Made by a program: the position numbers and the translations under genes. Positions 1 to 9,923 of a stretch of DNA of 64,000 nt are shown piece after piece (positions within the stretch are counted from its first letter, which is position 1; each line of letters starts with the position of its first letter). Below the pieces are notes generated by a model, which was not told where the DNA came from, ran no database searches, and saw only the letters and a program-made list of their open reading frames with translations. This DNA comes from an uncultured delta proteobacterium. GTDB taxonomy: Bacteria; Desulfobacterota; Binatia; UBA9968. The stretch spans positions 53,304 through 117,303 of the forward strand of contig CAVWLW010000068.1 of assembly GCA_963755715.1 (NCBI GenBank), written 5' to 3'.

Positions 1-543
1 TTCTTCAAAGGCCAGTCGATGACCGTCGGTCGCAACCATTCTTATCTTGCCACCGTCCCCTTCTTCGACAAACACGCCATTCAAGCTATAACGCGTTTCG
101 TCCATCGAAACCGAAAATATCGTCCGCTCGATCATTTCATGAACTGTCGCCGCCGGCGTCGAAGACAGAGACTTGGCATCGAATTTAGGAAACTGGGGAA
201 ACTCCTTCGCATCCATGCCGACGATTTTAAACACCGATTTGCCGCTGCGGATCTCAACCCAGTCGTTGTCCAGTCGTTTTAGCTGCACCTGCTCGTTGGG
301 AACTTCTCGGATTATCTCGTAAATCTTTTTCGCGTTGACGGTGACGGTGCCTTCTTTGACGACTTCGGCGTCAACTGATCCTCTGACCCCGACTTCCAAG
401 TCCGTAGCGGTAACCCGAACCGAACCTTTTTGTGCTTCAATCAAGACGTTGCCGAGTATCGGCATCGTGTTGCGCCGTTCGACAATACTTTGAGTCCAAT
501 AAAGCGTTGCGAGAAGCTCATCCCGCTTGGCCTTAATTTCCAT
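1..543 (-). CDS. dnaN: DNA polymerase III beta clamp (5' part, runs off the window)
   Basis: ATG at 543 with GGAGG upstream. Reads MEIKAKRDELLATLYWTQSIVERRNTMPILGNVLI..ATDLEVG, a beta-clamp N-terminus directly downstream of dnaA. Confidence 0.95.
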   Translation of the reverse strand, partial: MEIKAKRDELLATLYWTQSIVERRNTMPILGNVLIEAQKGSVRVTATDLEVGVRGSVDAEVVKEGTVTVNAKKIYEIIREVPNEQVQLKRLDNDWVEIRSGKSVFKIVGMDAKEFPQFPKFDAKSLSSTPAATVHEMIERTIFSVSMDETRYSLNGVFVEEGDGGKIRMVATDGHRLAFEE

Positions 544-563
544 ACATCCTCCGCTCACTCCTG

Positions 564-767
564 TTTCTATCTATATATATAAATTTCAGAAGTAATAGTA
601 GGGGCTGTGAACAAAGTGGAAAAGGGCAATTTACTGAAAGAAATTGGGGATGTGAGCTGTGGTCTATTCAGCGGCGATAAGCCGCTTTTCAACCGATTTA
701 CGTCGTCGAACGCGTTGCCGCAAAGTCATCCACAGCGCTGTCATCGGTTGATCACAGCTTATTCACA
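564..767. other. Replication origin oriC (AT-rich unwinding element, DnaA-trios, DnaA boxes)
   Basis: AT tract TTTCTATCTATATATATAAATTT (564-586), trio-like AGAAGTAATAGTAG (588-601), GGGC spacer, then boxes TGTGAACAA 606-614, AGTGGAAAA 615-623, TCATCCACA 726-734, TTGATCACA 748-756, TTATTCACA 759-767, all between dnaA and dnaN. Confidence 0.85.
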
Positions 768-2103
768 ACCTTTTGCGAATATTCAGATTGCGCTCGAGTT
801 TTTCGATCGTCGTTTGCATGTGCGGGTCTTCTTTGATCTTGCGCTCAATGGTTTTCGACGCGTGGATGACCGTGGAGTGATCGCGCCCGCCGAATTTATC
901 GCCGATCGCTGGAAAGGAGGTCTCGGTATATTTGCGGCAGAGATACATCGCCACCTGGCGCGGCATGGCGATGTTCTGAGTGCGCCTCTTTGCTTTTAAG
1001 TCGCCGATTTTGAGGTTGAAATAATCGCAGATCGTCTTTTGAATATTTTCCACCGTGATTTCTCTCTGGGCGCTCTTCAAGGTGTTACGAAGGACATCCT
1101 TGGCAAGATCGACGGTTATCGTCGCTTTGGTCAAAGAAGCAAAGGCGCCAAGACGAGTCAGCGAGCCTTCGAGCTCGCGCACGTTCGAGTCGATATTCGA
1201 GGCCAGGAAAAATCCCACCTCCTGAGGTAGCTTGACCCCCTCTTCTTCAGCTTTCTTTTGTAAGATCGCCACTCGCGTCTCCATGTCCGGCGGCTGGATG
1301 TCGGCAATCAATCCCCACTCGAAACGATTGCGCAGGCGGTCCTCGATTCCCGGAATTTCTTTGGGAAATTTGTCCGATGTGATGACGATCTGTTTGTGCG
1401 ATTCGTAGAGGGAATTGAAGGTGTGAAAAAACTCCTCTTGGGTTCGTTCTTTCCCAGCGATGAACTGGACATCATCCAGGATCAGAATGTCGACGTTTCT
1501 GAATTTCTTTTTAAACTCGTCCATCTTGTCTCTTCGGAGTGATGCAATCAGTTCGTTCATGAAGGACTCAGAACTGAGATAGACGACTTTCAAGGCGGGT
1601 CTTTGGGCCACGGCTTGATGCCCGATGGCGTTTACCAGATGAGTCTTGCCGAGACCGACCCCGCCATAGATGAATAGAGGATTGTAGTGATCGCCGGGCT
1701 GGTTGGCGACGGCAACGCAGGCGGCGTGGGCGAATTGATTGCTTGCGCCCACAACGAAGTTTTGAAACGTATATTTGGCAACTAGATTATTATTTCGCTG
1801 GGGTTTTTCGCGCTCTTTTTCATCTTTTTTCAGCGGTTTTTCAATGTTCGATTGGCCAGCCAATTTGTCATTGATCTCGAAAACAACTTTCACGTCTTGC
1901 TTGGCCAAGGATCTCAGGGTGGTCTCGATTTCCGCTAGGTAATGCTCCATCAACCATTCACGGAAAAATTTACTCGGCACATCGAGAAGAATCTCGTTTT
2001 TGTTTCTCGAGACAAAGGAAATCGGCTTTATCCAAGTCTCGAAGTTTTGCTTACCAATCCGCTCTTTTATTTCTGCTACAGCCGTGGTCCACAGCTCGGG
2101 CAT
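763..2103 (-). CDS. dnaA: Chromosomal replication initiator DnaA
   Basis: NPLFIYGGVGLGKTHL Walker A, LILDDVQF, QEEFFHTFN, GGRDHSTV domain IV. Start taken as MPELW at 2103. Confidence 0.98.
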   Translation of the reverse strand: MPELWTTAVAEIKERIGKQNFETWIKPISFVSRNKNEILLDVPSKFFREWLMEHYLAEIETTLRSLAKQDVKVVFEINDKLAGQSNIEKPLKKDEKEREKPQRNNNLVAKYTFQNFVVGASNQFAHAACVAVANQPGDHYNPLFIYGGVGLGKTHLVNAIGHQAVAQRPALKVVYLSSESFMNELIASLRRDKMDEFKKKFRNVDILILDDVQFIAGKERTQEEFFHTFNSLYESHKQIVITSDKFPKEIPGIEDRLRNRFEWGLIADIQPPDMETRVAILQKKAEEEGVKLPQEVGFFLASNIDSNVRELEGSLTRLGAFASLTKATITVDLAKDVLRNTLKSAQREITVENIQKTICDYFNLKIGDLKAKRRTQNIAMPRQVAMYLCRKYTETSFPAIGDKFGGRDHSTVIHASKTIERKIKEDPHMQTTIEKLERNLNIRKRL

Positions 2104-2150
2104 AATAACACCGCTATCTAGTTGAAAGGTTGAGATAAACGTGAAAATAG

Positions 2151-2185
2151 TTACACACAAAGTTATCCACAGCTGTGGATAACTT
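2151..2185. promoter_or_regulatory. DnaA-box cluster upstream of dnaA
   Basis: Perfect boxes TTATCCACA (2163-2171) and TGTGGATAA (2174-2182) inside a 26-bp perfect palindrome (2160-2185), plus TTACACACA at 2151. Confidence 0.85.
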
Positions 2186-2452
2186 GATGAGGGCGCGATT
2201 TTTCTGGTTTGAGTAAAAAAGTAATCAAGACGAAAACACTCAATCAATAAGACGGCCGGTCATCATCGCGACGCTCGCTGAAAAAAATCATTGGCTAATC
2301 GATAATGGATAAGCATTTTTTCTCGCCGTATCGGAGAAAAATCGCAGTGAAAAAGATGCGTCGAATATTCGAGAAAATTTTTAATAGTCCTTTTCAAATT
2401 TCTTTGCAAGAAAAAAGAAATAATAAAATATTTTTCTGAGCTTTGATTCACC

Positions 2453-2481
2453 TTGACAGGTTAGCGTCGTGGTGTTAGCAC
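2453..2481 (+). promoter_or_regulatory. Putative sigma70 promoter of the hemL-atp operon
   Basis: TTGACA-17 bp-TAGCAC just upstream of hemL. Confidence 0.45.
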
Positions 2482-2496
2482 CATTCACCCGTTGTC

Positions 2497-3783
2497 GTGA
2501 TAGCCTCGAAACAACTTTTTCGCCGCGCCATCACCAAGATTCCTGGTGGCGTGAATAGCCCTGTGCGTGCGTGGAATTCGGTTGGCGGCACGCCGCTTTT
2601 TATCGCGCGCGGGCGGGGCAGCTCTATTTTCGATGTCGAGGGCAGGCGGTATATCGATTTTGTCGGATCCTGGGGCCCGTTGATTCTCGGCCACGCGCAT
2701 CCAAAGATCGTGCAGGTTCTGCAGCGGCGAGCAGCGAGCGGTTTTACCTTCGGTGCGCCAACGAAGTTGGAGCTGGAGCTGGCCGAGCTGGTTGAAAAGC
2801 TAGTTCCGTCTATCGAAAAGCTCCGTCTCGTCAGCTCCGGCACCGAGGCGACCATGAGCGCAATCCGACTGGCGCGCGCCTACACCGGTCGAAGAAAAAT
2901 AGTCAAGTTCGACGGCTGTTACCACGGTCATTCCGATGGTTTGCTGGTTAAAGCGGGTTCCGGCGTCGCCACGTTAGGGCTGCCGGACAGCCCTGGTGTG
3001 CCGCCCGGTTTTACTCGCGAAACCTTGACGGCTAAATACAACGATGCCAATTCACTGAAAAAAGCTTTTGACCGCTACGGTAAAGATATTGCGGCTGTCA
3101 TCGTCGAACCGATCTGCGGCAATCTCGGCGTCATCAAACCCCAGCCAGGTTTTCTCGAGGCTTTAAAAGAGATGACGCGGCGGAATGATTCCCTGCTGAT
3201 CTTCGACGAGGTGATTAGTGGTTTTCGCGTGGCTCTCGGCGGCGCGCAGGCAATTTTTAAGATTGAACCCGACTTGACTTGTTTAGGGAAAATCTTAGGT
3301 GGCGGATTGCCGTTGGCAGCGTTTGGCGGCCGTAGAGAAATTATGGATTTACTTGCGCCGGTTGGGCCGGTCTATCAAGCCGGCACGCTTTCCGGTAACC
3401 CGCTCGCGGTTTCGGCCGGCATCGCAACGTTGAAACTGTTGAGTCGTCAAGGTGTTTACGATCGGTTGGAGGCAAAGAGTAAATATCTCGAGGATGGTAT
3501 TTCAGCTGTGCTCCATCAATGCCGCCTGCGCGCAGTTATCAACCGAGTCGGCTCGATGATGACGCTATTTTTTGGCGTCGATCAGGTGACCAGTCCGGAT
3601 CACGCGCGAAAATGTGATCAAAAACAGTTCAGTAGCTTTTTCCACGCCATGCTCGAGCGCGGCGTCTATTTACCGCCCTCACCATTTGAGGCCATGTTCG
3701 TTTCCCTTGCCCATTCAACCGCTGATTTAAAAAAGACAATTTCAGCTTTTTCTCAATGGGCCCAAGCCGCTATGCGTGGTTGA
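2497..3783 (+). CDS. hemL: Glutamate-1-semialdehyde 2,1-aminomutase
   Basis: PGGVNSPVRA, SGTEATMSAIRLAR, FDGCYHGH, GKILGGGLP PLP-lysine motif. Confidence 0.97.
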   Translation: MIASKQLFRRAITKIPGGVNSPVRAWNSVGGTPLFIARGRGSSIFDVEGRRYIDFVGSWGPLILGHAHPKIVQVLQRRAASGFTFGAPTKLELELAELVEKLVPSIEKLRLVSSGTEATMSAIRLARAYTGRRKIVKFDGCYHGHSDGLLVKAGSGVATLGLPDSPGVPPGFTRETLTAKYNDANSLKKAFDRYGKDIAAVIVEPICGNLGVIKPQPGFLEALKEMTRRNDSLLIFDEVISGFRVALGGAQAIFKIEPDLTCLGKILGGGLPLAAFGGRREIMDLLAPVGPVYQAGTLSGNPLAVSAGIATLKLLSRQGVYDRLEAKSKYLEDGISAVLHQCRLRAVINRVGSMMTLFFGVDQVTSPDHARKCDQKQFSSFFHAMLERGVYLPPSPFEAMFVSLAHSTADLKKTISAFSQWAQAAMRG

Positions 3784-3798
3784 CCCCTTGGGATAGGC

Positions 3799-4104
3799 AT
3801 GCTAGAAAATCTGCCCAGTGGGAAAAATTGGCGGCCGCCCCAAGGCCGGCTCGATAATCAACCTCCCTTCCTGCGACGGGCAGGCTTATATTTAGGAGTC
3901 GCATTTGAGCTGCCAGGTACCATCCTTGGCGGTCTGGTATTGGGATATTTTCTTGACGCTTACCTCGGCACGTCTCCATGGCTGCTGCTCGCGCTGACCG
4001 CGCTCGCTTTCGTCGCCGCCTTCGTGAGACTGATGAAATGGGTAAGGTTTTTTGCCAAAGAGCGTAATGGAAGCCGCGGCGAGAAAGATGATCCTGAGAA
4101 TTGA
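3799..4104 (+). CDS. AtpZ/AtpI-family small membrane protein
   Basis: Two TM helices with GLVLGYFLDAYLGTSPW motif, first gene of the F0 cluster. Confidence 0.8.
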   Translation: MLENLPSGKNWRPPQGRLDNQPPFLRRAGLYLGVAFELPGTILGGLVLGYFLDAYLGTSPWLLLALTALAFVAAFVRLMKWVRFFAKERNGSRGEKDDPEN

Positions 4105-4465
4105 GCTGTGGCACGTGATCTTGCTTGCGGCGCTGTTGGCGACGCTCGGCCAAAGCAGATTTTTGGACCCGACGGCACTAGTCGCCGGCGGCATTTTCAT
4201 GGGCGTCAATTTTCTCCTGTTGGCGTATGGCATCGCCTGGATATTGAGGCCGCTAGCTGGAAAAGGGCGAGTCAAAACAGGTGTCAGTTTACTGATTTTG
4301 AAGATTGCTATTTTTTTGGGACTGTTATCGACGTTGTTTTTTCGTTTTAATCTTGACGCGGTCTCGTTTGCCGCAGGCTTTTCGACCTTGATCATCGCGA
4401 TTATTCTGGAAACGCTTCGCACGGCCGTAAAGGTAGGGACATCGAGCAATGGAACATCCGTTTAG
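4067..4465 (+). CDS. atpI: ATP synthase subunit I-like membrane protein
   Basis: Four hydrophobic helices, immediately upstream of and overlapping atpB. Confidence 0.75.
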   Translation: MEAAARKMILRIELWHVILLAALLATLGQSRFLDPTALVAGGIFMGVNFLLLAYGIAWILRPLAGKGRVKTGVSLLILKIAIFLGLLSTLFFRFNLDAVSFAAGFSTLIIAIILETLRTAVKVGTSSNGTSV

Positions 4466-5234
4466 TTGGCATAACTTGCTGCCGGAGGGATGGCAGCATT
4501 CGATCGGCGATCACACTTTCTTCGCGATCGTATCAGCAATTCTATTGATCCTCTTCGCACTTAAAGCTCGTGGCGCTTTGGCCAAAGCCAGCGATCCGGT
4601 GATTCCGCCGGCAGAGCTCGGCACGCAGAACATCGCTGAGCTGTTGGTTCAACTGGTGGTCAGCCAAAGCGATCAAATCATCGGCAAGCAGGGGCGAAAA
4701 TACGTTCCGTTCTTCGCGACCTTTTTCTTTTTCATTCTGTTCAGCAACTTGATGGGACTTCTGCCCGGCTTTGCCGCGCCCACAGGCAATCTCAACACCA
4801 CCATCGGATTGGCGCTCTGCTCTTTCATTGGCTACAACGTTATTGGAATACGCGAACAAGGGGCGAGCTACTTCAAGCACTTCGTCGGTCCGATGACCAG
4901 TCTGCCCGGTAGCAGCTTGATCGCTAAATTGGCTTTCGTGCCGGTGCTGTTAATTTCCGTCTGCTTTTTTCTAATCTTAGAGCTTTTCTCTCATGGATTT
5001 CGGCCGGTTTCTCTGTCATTGCGTCTATTCGGCAACATGATGGGCGACCATGAGGTTATCGGAGCGTTCATTGGCTTGACCAAACTGGTGATCCCAGTGG
5101 CGTTTTACGCCATGGGAACATTGGTTTCGATAATTCAGGCCTTTGTTTTTACATTGCTGAGCATGATCTACGTCGCCCTGGCGATCAGCCACGGCCACGA
5201 CGAAGAACCCGGACACGAAGCGCATCAATCTTAA
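4449..5234 (+). CDS. atpB: F0F1 ATP synthase subunit a
   Basis: NLMGLLPG, RPVSLSLRLFGNM, IQAFVFTLLS motifs. Confidence 0.97.
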   Translation: MEHPFSWHNLLPEGWQHSIGDHTFFAIVSAILLILFALKARGALAKASDPVIPPAELGTQNIAELLVQLVVSQSDQIIGKQGRKYVPFFATFFFFILFSNLMGLLPGFAAPTGNLNTTIGLALCSFIGYNVIGIREQGASYFKHFVGPMTSLPGSSLIAKLAFVPVLLISVCFFLILELFSHGFRPVSLSLRLFGNMMGDHEVIGAFIGLTKLVIPVAFYAMGTLVSIIQAFVFTLLSMIYVALAISHGHDEEPGHEAHQS

Positions 5235-5329
5235 CATGCACATCAAGCACATCATTAAGCGATGGGCCGCCGTTGCGAGGATGAGGATAGAGGAGTGGCA
5301 GGCATAAGTCGCTGGAAAGGAGGAAGGAA

Positions 5330-5656
5330 ATGAAAAAGCTGTTTTCGCTCTTGAGCTCTTTTGGCATAACCCTTCTCAGTGTTGGGGTAGCCGTGGCGGC
5401 TGAAGGCGCAACTGCCGGGGGTGGTGATTCCACCAAGGCGGCCATTGCCCTTGCCGCTGGGCTTGGCGTTGCCATCGCCGCATTCGGCGCGGCGCTCGGT
5501 CAGGGTCGCGTCGGCGCGGCCGCGATGGAAAGCATCGGGCGCAATCCCAATGCCGCCGATCGGCTGTTTCTGCCGCTGGTTCTGAGCCTTGCGCTCCTTG
5601 AAGCGTTGGCGCTTTACGGCTTCGTTATCGCGATTATCTTGACCGGTAAGATTTAA
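5330..5656 (+). CDS. atpE: F0F1 ATP synthase subunit c with N-terminal extension
   Basis: GxGxA-rich helix, RNP loop, conserved Glu in LLEALALY, strong SD GGAGG. Confidence 0.96.
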   Translation: MKKLFSLLSSFGITLLSVGVAVAAEGATAGGGDSTKAAIALAAGLGVAIAAFGAALGQGRVGAAAMESIGRNPNAADRLFLPLVLSLALLEALALYGFVIAIILTGKI

Positions 5657-5676
5657 CGGGCTGTTTAAAGACTGCA

Positions 5677-5710
5677 AAAAGGGCGGGAAGAGAATTCTTT
5701 CCGCCCTTTT
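5677..5710. terminator. Bidirectional rho-independent terminator
   Basis: AAAAGGGCGGGAAGA-GAAT-TCTTTCCGCCCTTTT between convergent atpE and the deaminase. Confidence 0.8.
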
Positions 5711-5712
5711 CT

Positions 5713-6174
5713 TTATCTTCCCGGCAATTCTACTTTGTGCAGATGTACCTGGGTGTAACGGAGCAATTCCTCCAGAGTGGGCAACTTATAGGGCTTCTCG
5801 TAGTAAATCTCTTTGATGCCCGTGTTGACCAAAACTTTGAGGCAGTGGATGCAAGGCGTGTGGGTGATGTAGATCGCGCCGTCTTTGATGCTGGCGCCGT
5901 TCTTCGCCGCCTGAGCGATGGCGTTCATCTCCGCATGAATGGTGCGAAAACAGTTTTGCTCCGTATCGCCGTTAGGCGTTTTTGATTCGTAAACGAGACA
6001 GCCGACATCGGTGCAATGGGGCATTCCCGCCGGCGCGCCATTGTAACCGGTGGCGAGGATATTTTTATCGCGCACGATGACCGCGCCGACCTTCGCCCGG
6101 CTACAAGTGGAGCGCTCGGCCACCTGTTGGGTGATGGTCATGAAGTATTGGTCCCAGCTCAACCGTTCACTCAT
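5713..6174 (-). CDS. dCMP deaminase (ComEB/DCD family)
   Basis: WDQYFM, RSTC, GYNG, HAEMNA, PCIHC zinc motifs. Confidence 0.92.
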   Translation of the reverse strand: MSERLSWDQYFMTITQQVAERSTCSRAKVGAVIVRDKNILATGYNGAPAGMPHCTDVGCLVYESKTPNGDTEQNCFRTIHAEMNAIAQAAKNGASIKDGAIYITHTPCIHCLKVLVNTGIKEIYYEKPYKLPTLEELLRYTQVHLHKVELPGR

Positions 6175-6191
6175 GCATAACCTCCGCGACA

Positions 6192-6975
6192 CTACGCATC
6201 CGCGCTCAATATAACCTTGTCACCGACTTTAACACCGCAGTTTTGCTGCGCGTTTCCTTTGTAAGCGGCGATCTCCAACATGCCCCAGCTGTTCACCAAG
6301 GCAGCCAGCTCGTTGGTTTTTACCGAGTCGTAGCTCGGTGCCAAACCGTGGATTACGCGCGCCCCGACGCCGATAGTTAATTTACCCAGCGGCAGTCCTG
6401 TCAAATCATGCTCATCGATGTTTGTAAACAGGTTGCCGTAGCCGTCGACGTATACAACCTCGCCTTCCAATCGGTTATGACTTTGCATGACTTTGGGCAT
6501 TCTGAAGCCTAGTAAATGAAGCCAATTTGCCGCCAAAGGCGGACGGCGTAACACCCAAAGAAAGGTGCGCCGCCGCTGGCGCGAAGATATCCCGACCGTG
6601 GAAAGTCGCGCTGGTCGGCTCGAGACGATAATCCGGATTACTCAACTCAAAAACTTGCAGCGATTCCGCGGCTGCTGTAGCCAAGCTGAGCACGCCGTTA
6701 TCAGGCCCGATGAAATAGTTTCCAGCCGATTCGATCAGGAGCGGGCGGCGCGAGCCACCGACGCCGGGGTCGACCACCACGACGTGAATAGAGTCTCGCG
6801 GAAAGTACGCGACGGAATGGCGTAGAGCCAACGCCGCCGCCATGACGTCCTGCGGCGGAATGCCGTGTGTTAAATCAATCACCTGCGCTTTTGGATTGAT
6901 CCCGGCAATGACCCCTTTCATGATCCCGACGAAGGGATCGCGATGGCCGAAGTCTGTGGTGAGCGTAATCAGCAT
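6192..6975 (-). CDS. SAM hydroxide adenosyltransferase / chlorinase-fluorinase family (DUF62), frameshifted near 6500
   Basis: ITLTTDFG, VVDPGVG, GPDNG, TFHGRDIF in the N-terminal frame; VDGYGNL and NSWGMLEIA in the adjacent frame. Confidence 0.88.
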
Positions 6976-7030
6976 AAAACCGCGTTCAAGGCAGGAATCA
7001 TCTAACCAGAAAAGGTTTTGCGCGTAAAGA

Positions 7031-8383
7031 ATGCCCGGGCGACCTGTAGCCATGCCGCCCTTTCCACCGCCGGCCGGAAGGGCTATAAGAAGTGTTGCTT
7101 CCCCTCCAGTTCTGCTTCTGAGGAGTTTTCTAATTCACGTCCTACAACCATTACGCCATAAAAACTACGCTCTTTTTGGCAGCAGCGATTTTATCGCTTC
7201 GATCGGCCAGTTAGTTAGAGAGATCGCACTCTACTGGCTGGCGTACGAGATAACCGGCTCGGCCATGGCGCTCGGAATCCTCGCGCTCTGCGAAGCGACG
7301 CCCCGCCTTGTCCTAAGCGTCCTTGGCGGCGTCATCGTCGATCGCTATGACCGATTGCGTCTTCTTACCGTGATTCAATTCCTCTGCGCGGTACCGGTTT
7401 TTGCGATGGTTGTGCTCTACTTTCTCGGCGTATTGCGGTTTTGGCACATCGCCGTACTGGAAACCCTATTATCGATCATTCGCAGCATGAACCCGACTGC
7501 GAGCCAATCGTTGCTGCATGACTTGGTGCCGCAAGACGAGCTGATGAATACCGTCGCGCTGTATTCGTTGGGGTTTAATTTCGCGCGCATCGTTGGCCCA
7601 TCCCTTGGCGGTGTTCTGGTTCTTTGGATTGGCGTGGGCGGCTGTCTTATTTTTTACGGCGTGGCGCTGTTGATTTCAGGATTTGAATTACTGCCTATCC
7701 GGCTTTCGGTCGAAACCAAGATAAGACCTTCATCAAACTGGGTTCACGAGATTAGAGAAGGGCTGGATTTCATCCGATCTTCTCCGCTGGTGCTGGCCAG
7801 CACGTTGGCGGCTTACGCACTCAGTGCATTCGTCGGAACCTACCAGCGGTTTTTGCCCATTTTTGCCAAAGATATTCTAAAAACCGGTCCGGCAGGTTTG
7901 GGCGCGCTTACGGCGGCGTCTGGTATCGGCGCCGTTCTGTCGCTGGTTTTTTTGGACGCTGTGGGGCGGCGTTGGCGGCGTGAGACACTCCTTTGGTTTA
8001 GCTCTAAAGTGACTCCTTTGCTCCTCGTTCTTTTTTGTCTGTCGCGCAGTTTGTGGTTTTCGGTTCTCTTGATGGGATTGCTGGGCGCCGCGCAGATCCT
8101 TTTTCGCACGGTCAGTCGGTTGATTATACAAGTGGAAGCGCCGCGTGAATTAATCGGACGGGTTATGAGCGTCTTCTTGATGGATCAAGGCATGCGTTCA
8201 ATTGGATCGATGATCATGGGCGCCTTTGCAACGATCTTCGGTGCTGCGTTGGGGCTTTCTTTATGTTCGGTTGTCTCTATCGGGTTTACCACCTTGACCT
8301 TCTATCGCTTAATCGGTTGGCCGAATTGGCTGAACTTGAAAATCGTGAATGAGCCCGGATCAAATCGTCAGCGAACGTTATAA
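7031..8383 (+). CDS. MFS transporter (start uncertain)
   Basis: About 12 hydrophobic segments, GGVIVDRYDR motif A, PRELIGRVMS. Confidence 0.9.
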   Translation: MPGRPVAMPPFPPPAGRAIRSVASPPVLLLRSFLIHVLQPLRHKNYALFGSSDFIASIGQLVREIALYWLAYEITGSAMALGILALCEATPRLVLSVLGGVIVDRYDRLRLLTVIQFLCAVPVFAMVVLYFLGVLRFWHIAVLETLLSIIRSMNPTASQSLLHDLVPQDELMNTVALYSLGFNFARIVGPSLGGVLVLWIGVGGCLIFYGVALLISGFELLPIRLSVETKIRPSSNWVHEIREGLDFIRSSPLVLASTLAAYALSAFVGTYQRFLPIFAKDILKTGPAGLGALTAASGIGAVLSLVFLDAVGRRWRRETLLWFSSKVTPLLLVLFCLSRSLWFSVLLMGLLGAAQILFRTVSRLIIQVEAPRELIGRVMSVFLMDQGMRSIGSMIMGAFATIFGAALGLSLCSVVSIGFTTLTFYRLIGWPNWLNLKIVNEPGSNRQRTL

Positions 8384-9337
8384 TTCCTCCAATATCGCCG
8401 CAAACAACAGCGGCACCATGATTTCCATGTGACCGGTCAACTGGTACCCCTTGCCGCTTTGCATCGTCGGGCGATTGACGACATTGGTCAACGGCCGGTA
8501 ATGCTGAAGAAAGTCAAGATTCACCGTCATGAGGTTCTGCACGGGATGACCCAAATTGCGCGCCAAGCTCACGGCTTTCAGAAAAACTTCGGGTAAAACC
8601 ACCGCCGAGCCGAAATTCAAATAAACCCCCCGATCCAAAGTCGCAACCACGGACGTGAGTGTGCGAAAATCACGCAAGCTGCAATCGCCGAGCGCTTTGC
8701 CGTCGGCCTTCGGGTGCATGTGAATAATGTCCGTACCGATGGCGACATGACAGGTAACCGGGATCCCCAATCGCGCCGCCGTAGCGAGAATGCTTAGCTT
8801 ACGATGCGGCAGGCGATTTTTTACAATCGCTTGTCCGACGGCGGCGCCGATGCCGAGCTGATTCTTCGACCCTTCGCTGATCGCTTGATTGATAAACGCG
8901 CCGGTCTCTTCGCCCATGCCGAAGCTCCCGTCCTTCAGCGTCGCTGCGACATCTTCGGACGTCTCGCCCATGAAAGCGAGTTCGAAATCGTGAATCACGC
9001 CGGCGCCGTTGAGCGCCAAGGCGTGAATAATACCGCGCTCCATGAAATCGATGATCAACGGACTCAGCCCGACTTTGACCGGATGGGCGCCCATCCCCAG
9101 CAAAACGGTTCTGTTCTTGCGGTGGCATTCGGCAATCTTAGCAGCGATGATTTTGAGATTCTCCGCGGCAAGAATGTCCGGCAAGCCGCGTATGAAAGCG
9201 CCGAGGCTAGCGCCCTTCTTAAGGCGTTTGCCGAGCAGCGAAGTTTGAACTTTACTGAATCTTTTTGTGACCGGATAAGTGCGGACTTTGGCGAAATCGA
9301 GAGGTTTAAATTGTTTGTGCGCCATGCTGCGAATCAA
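8378..9337 (-). CDS. Conserved protein, deoxyhypusine-synthase-like fold
   Basis: MGAHPVKVGL, NGAGVIHDFE, GTDIIHMHP, GSAVVLPEVFLKA, TGHMEIMVPL. Resembles a family found beside gmhA in deltaproteobacteria. Confidence 0.65.
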   Translation of the reverse strand: MIRSMAHKQFKPLDFAKVRTYPVTKRFSKVQTSLLGKRLKKGASLGAFIRGLPDILAAENLKIIAAKIAECHRKNRTVLLGMGAHPVKVGLSPLIIDFMERGIIHALALNGAGVIHDFELAFMGETSEDVAATLKDGSFGMGEETGAFINQAISEGSKNQLGIGAAVGQAIVKNRLPHRKLSILATAARLGIPVTCHVAIGTDIIHMHPKADGKALGDCSLRDFRTLTSVVATLDRGVYLNFGSAVVLPEVFLKAVSLARNLGHPVQNLMTVNLDFLQHYRPLTNVVNRPTMQSGKGYQLTGHMEIMVPLLFAAILEEL

Positions 9338-9342
9338 GGTAG

Positions 9343-9919
<577 letters not shown>

Positions 9920-9923
<4 letters not shown>

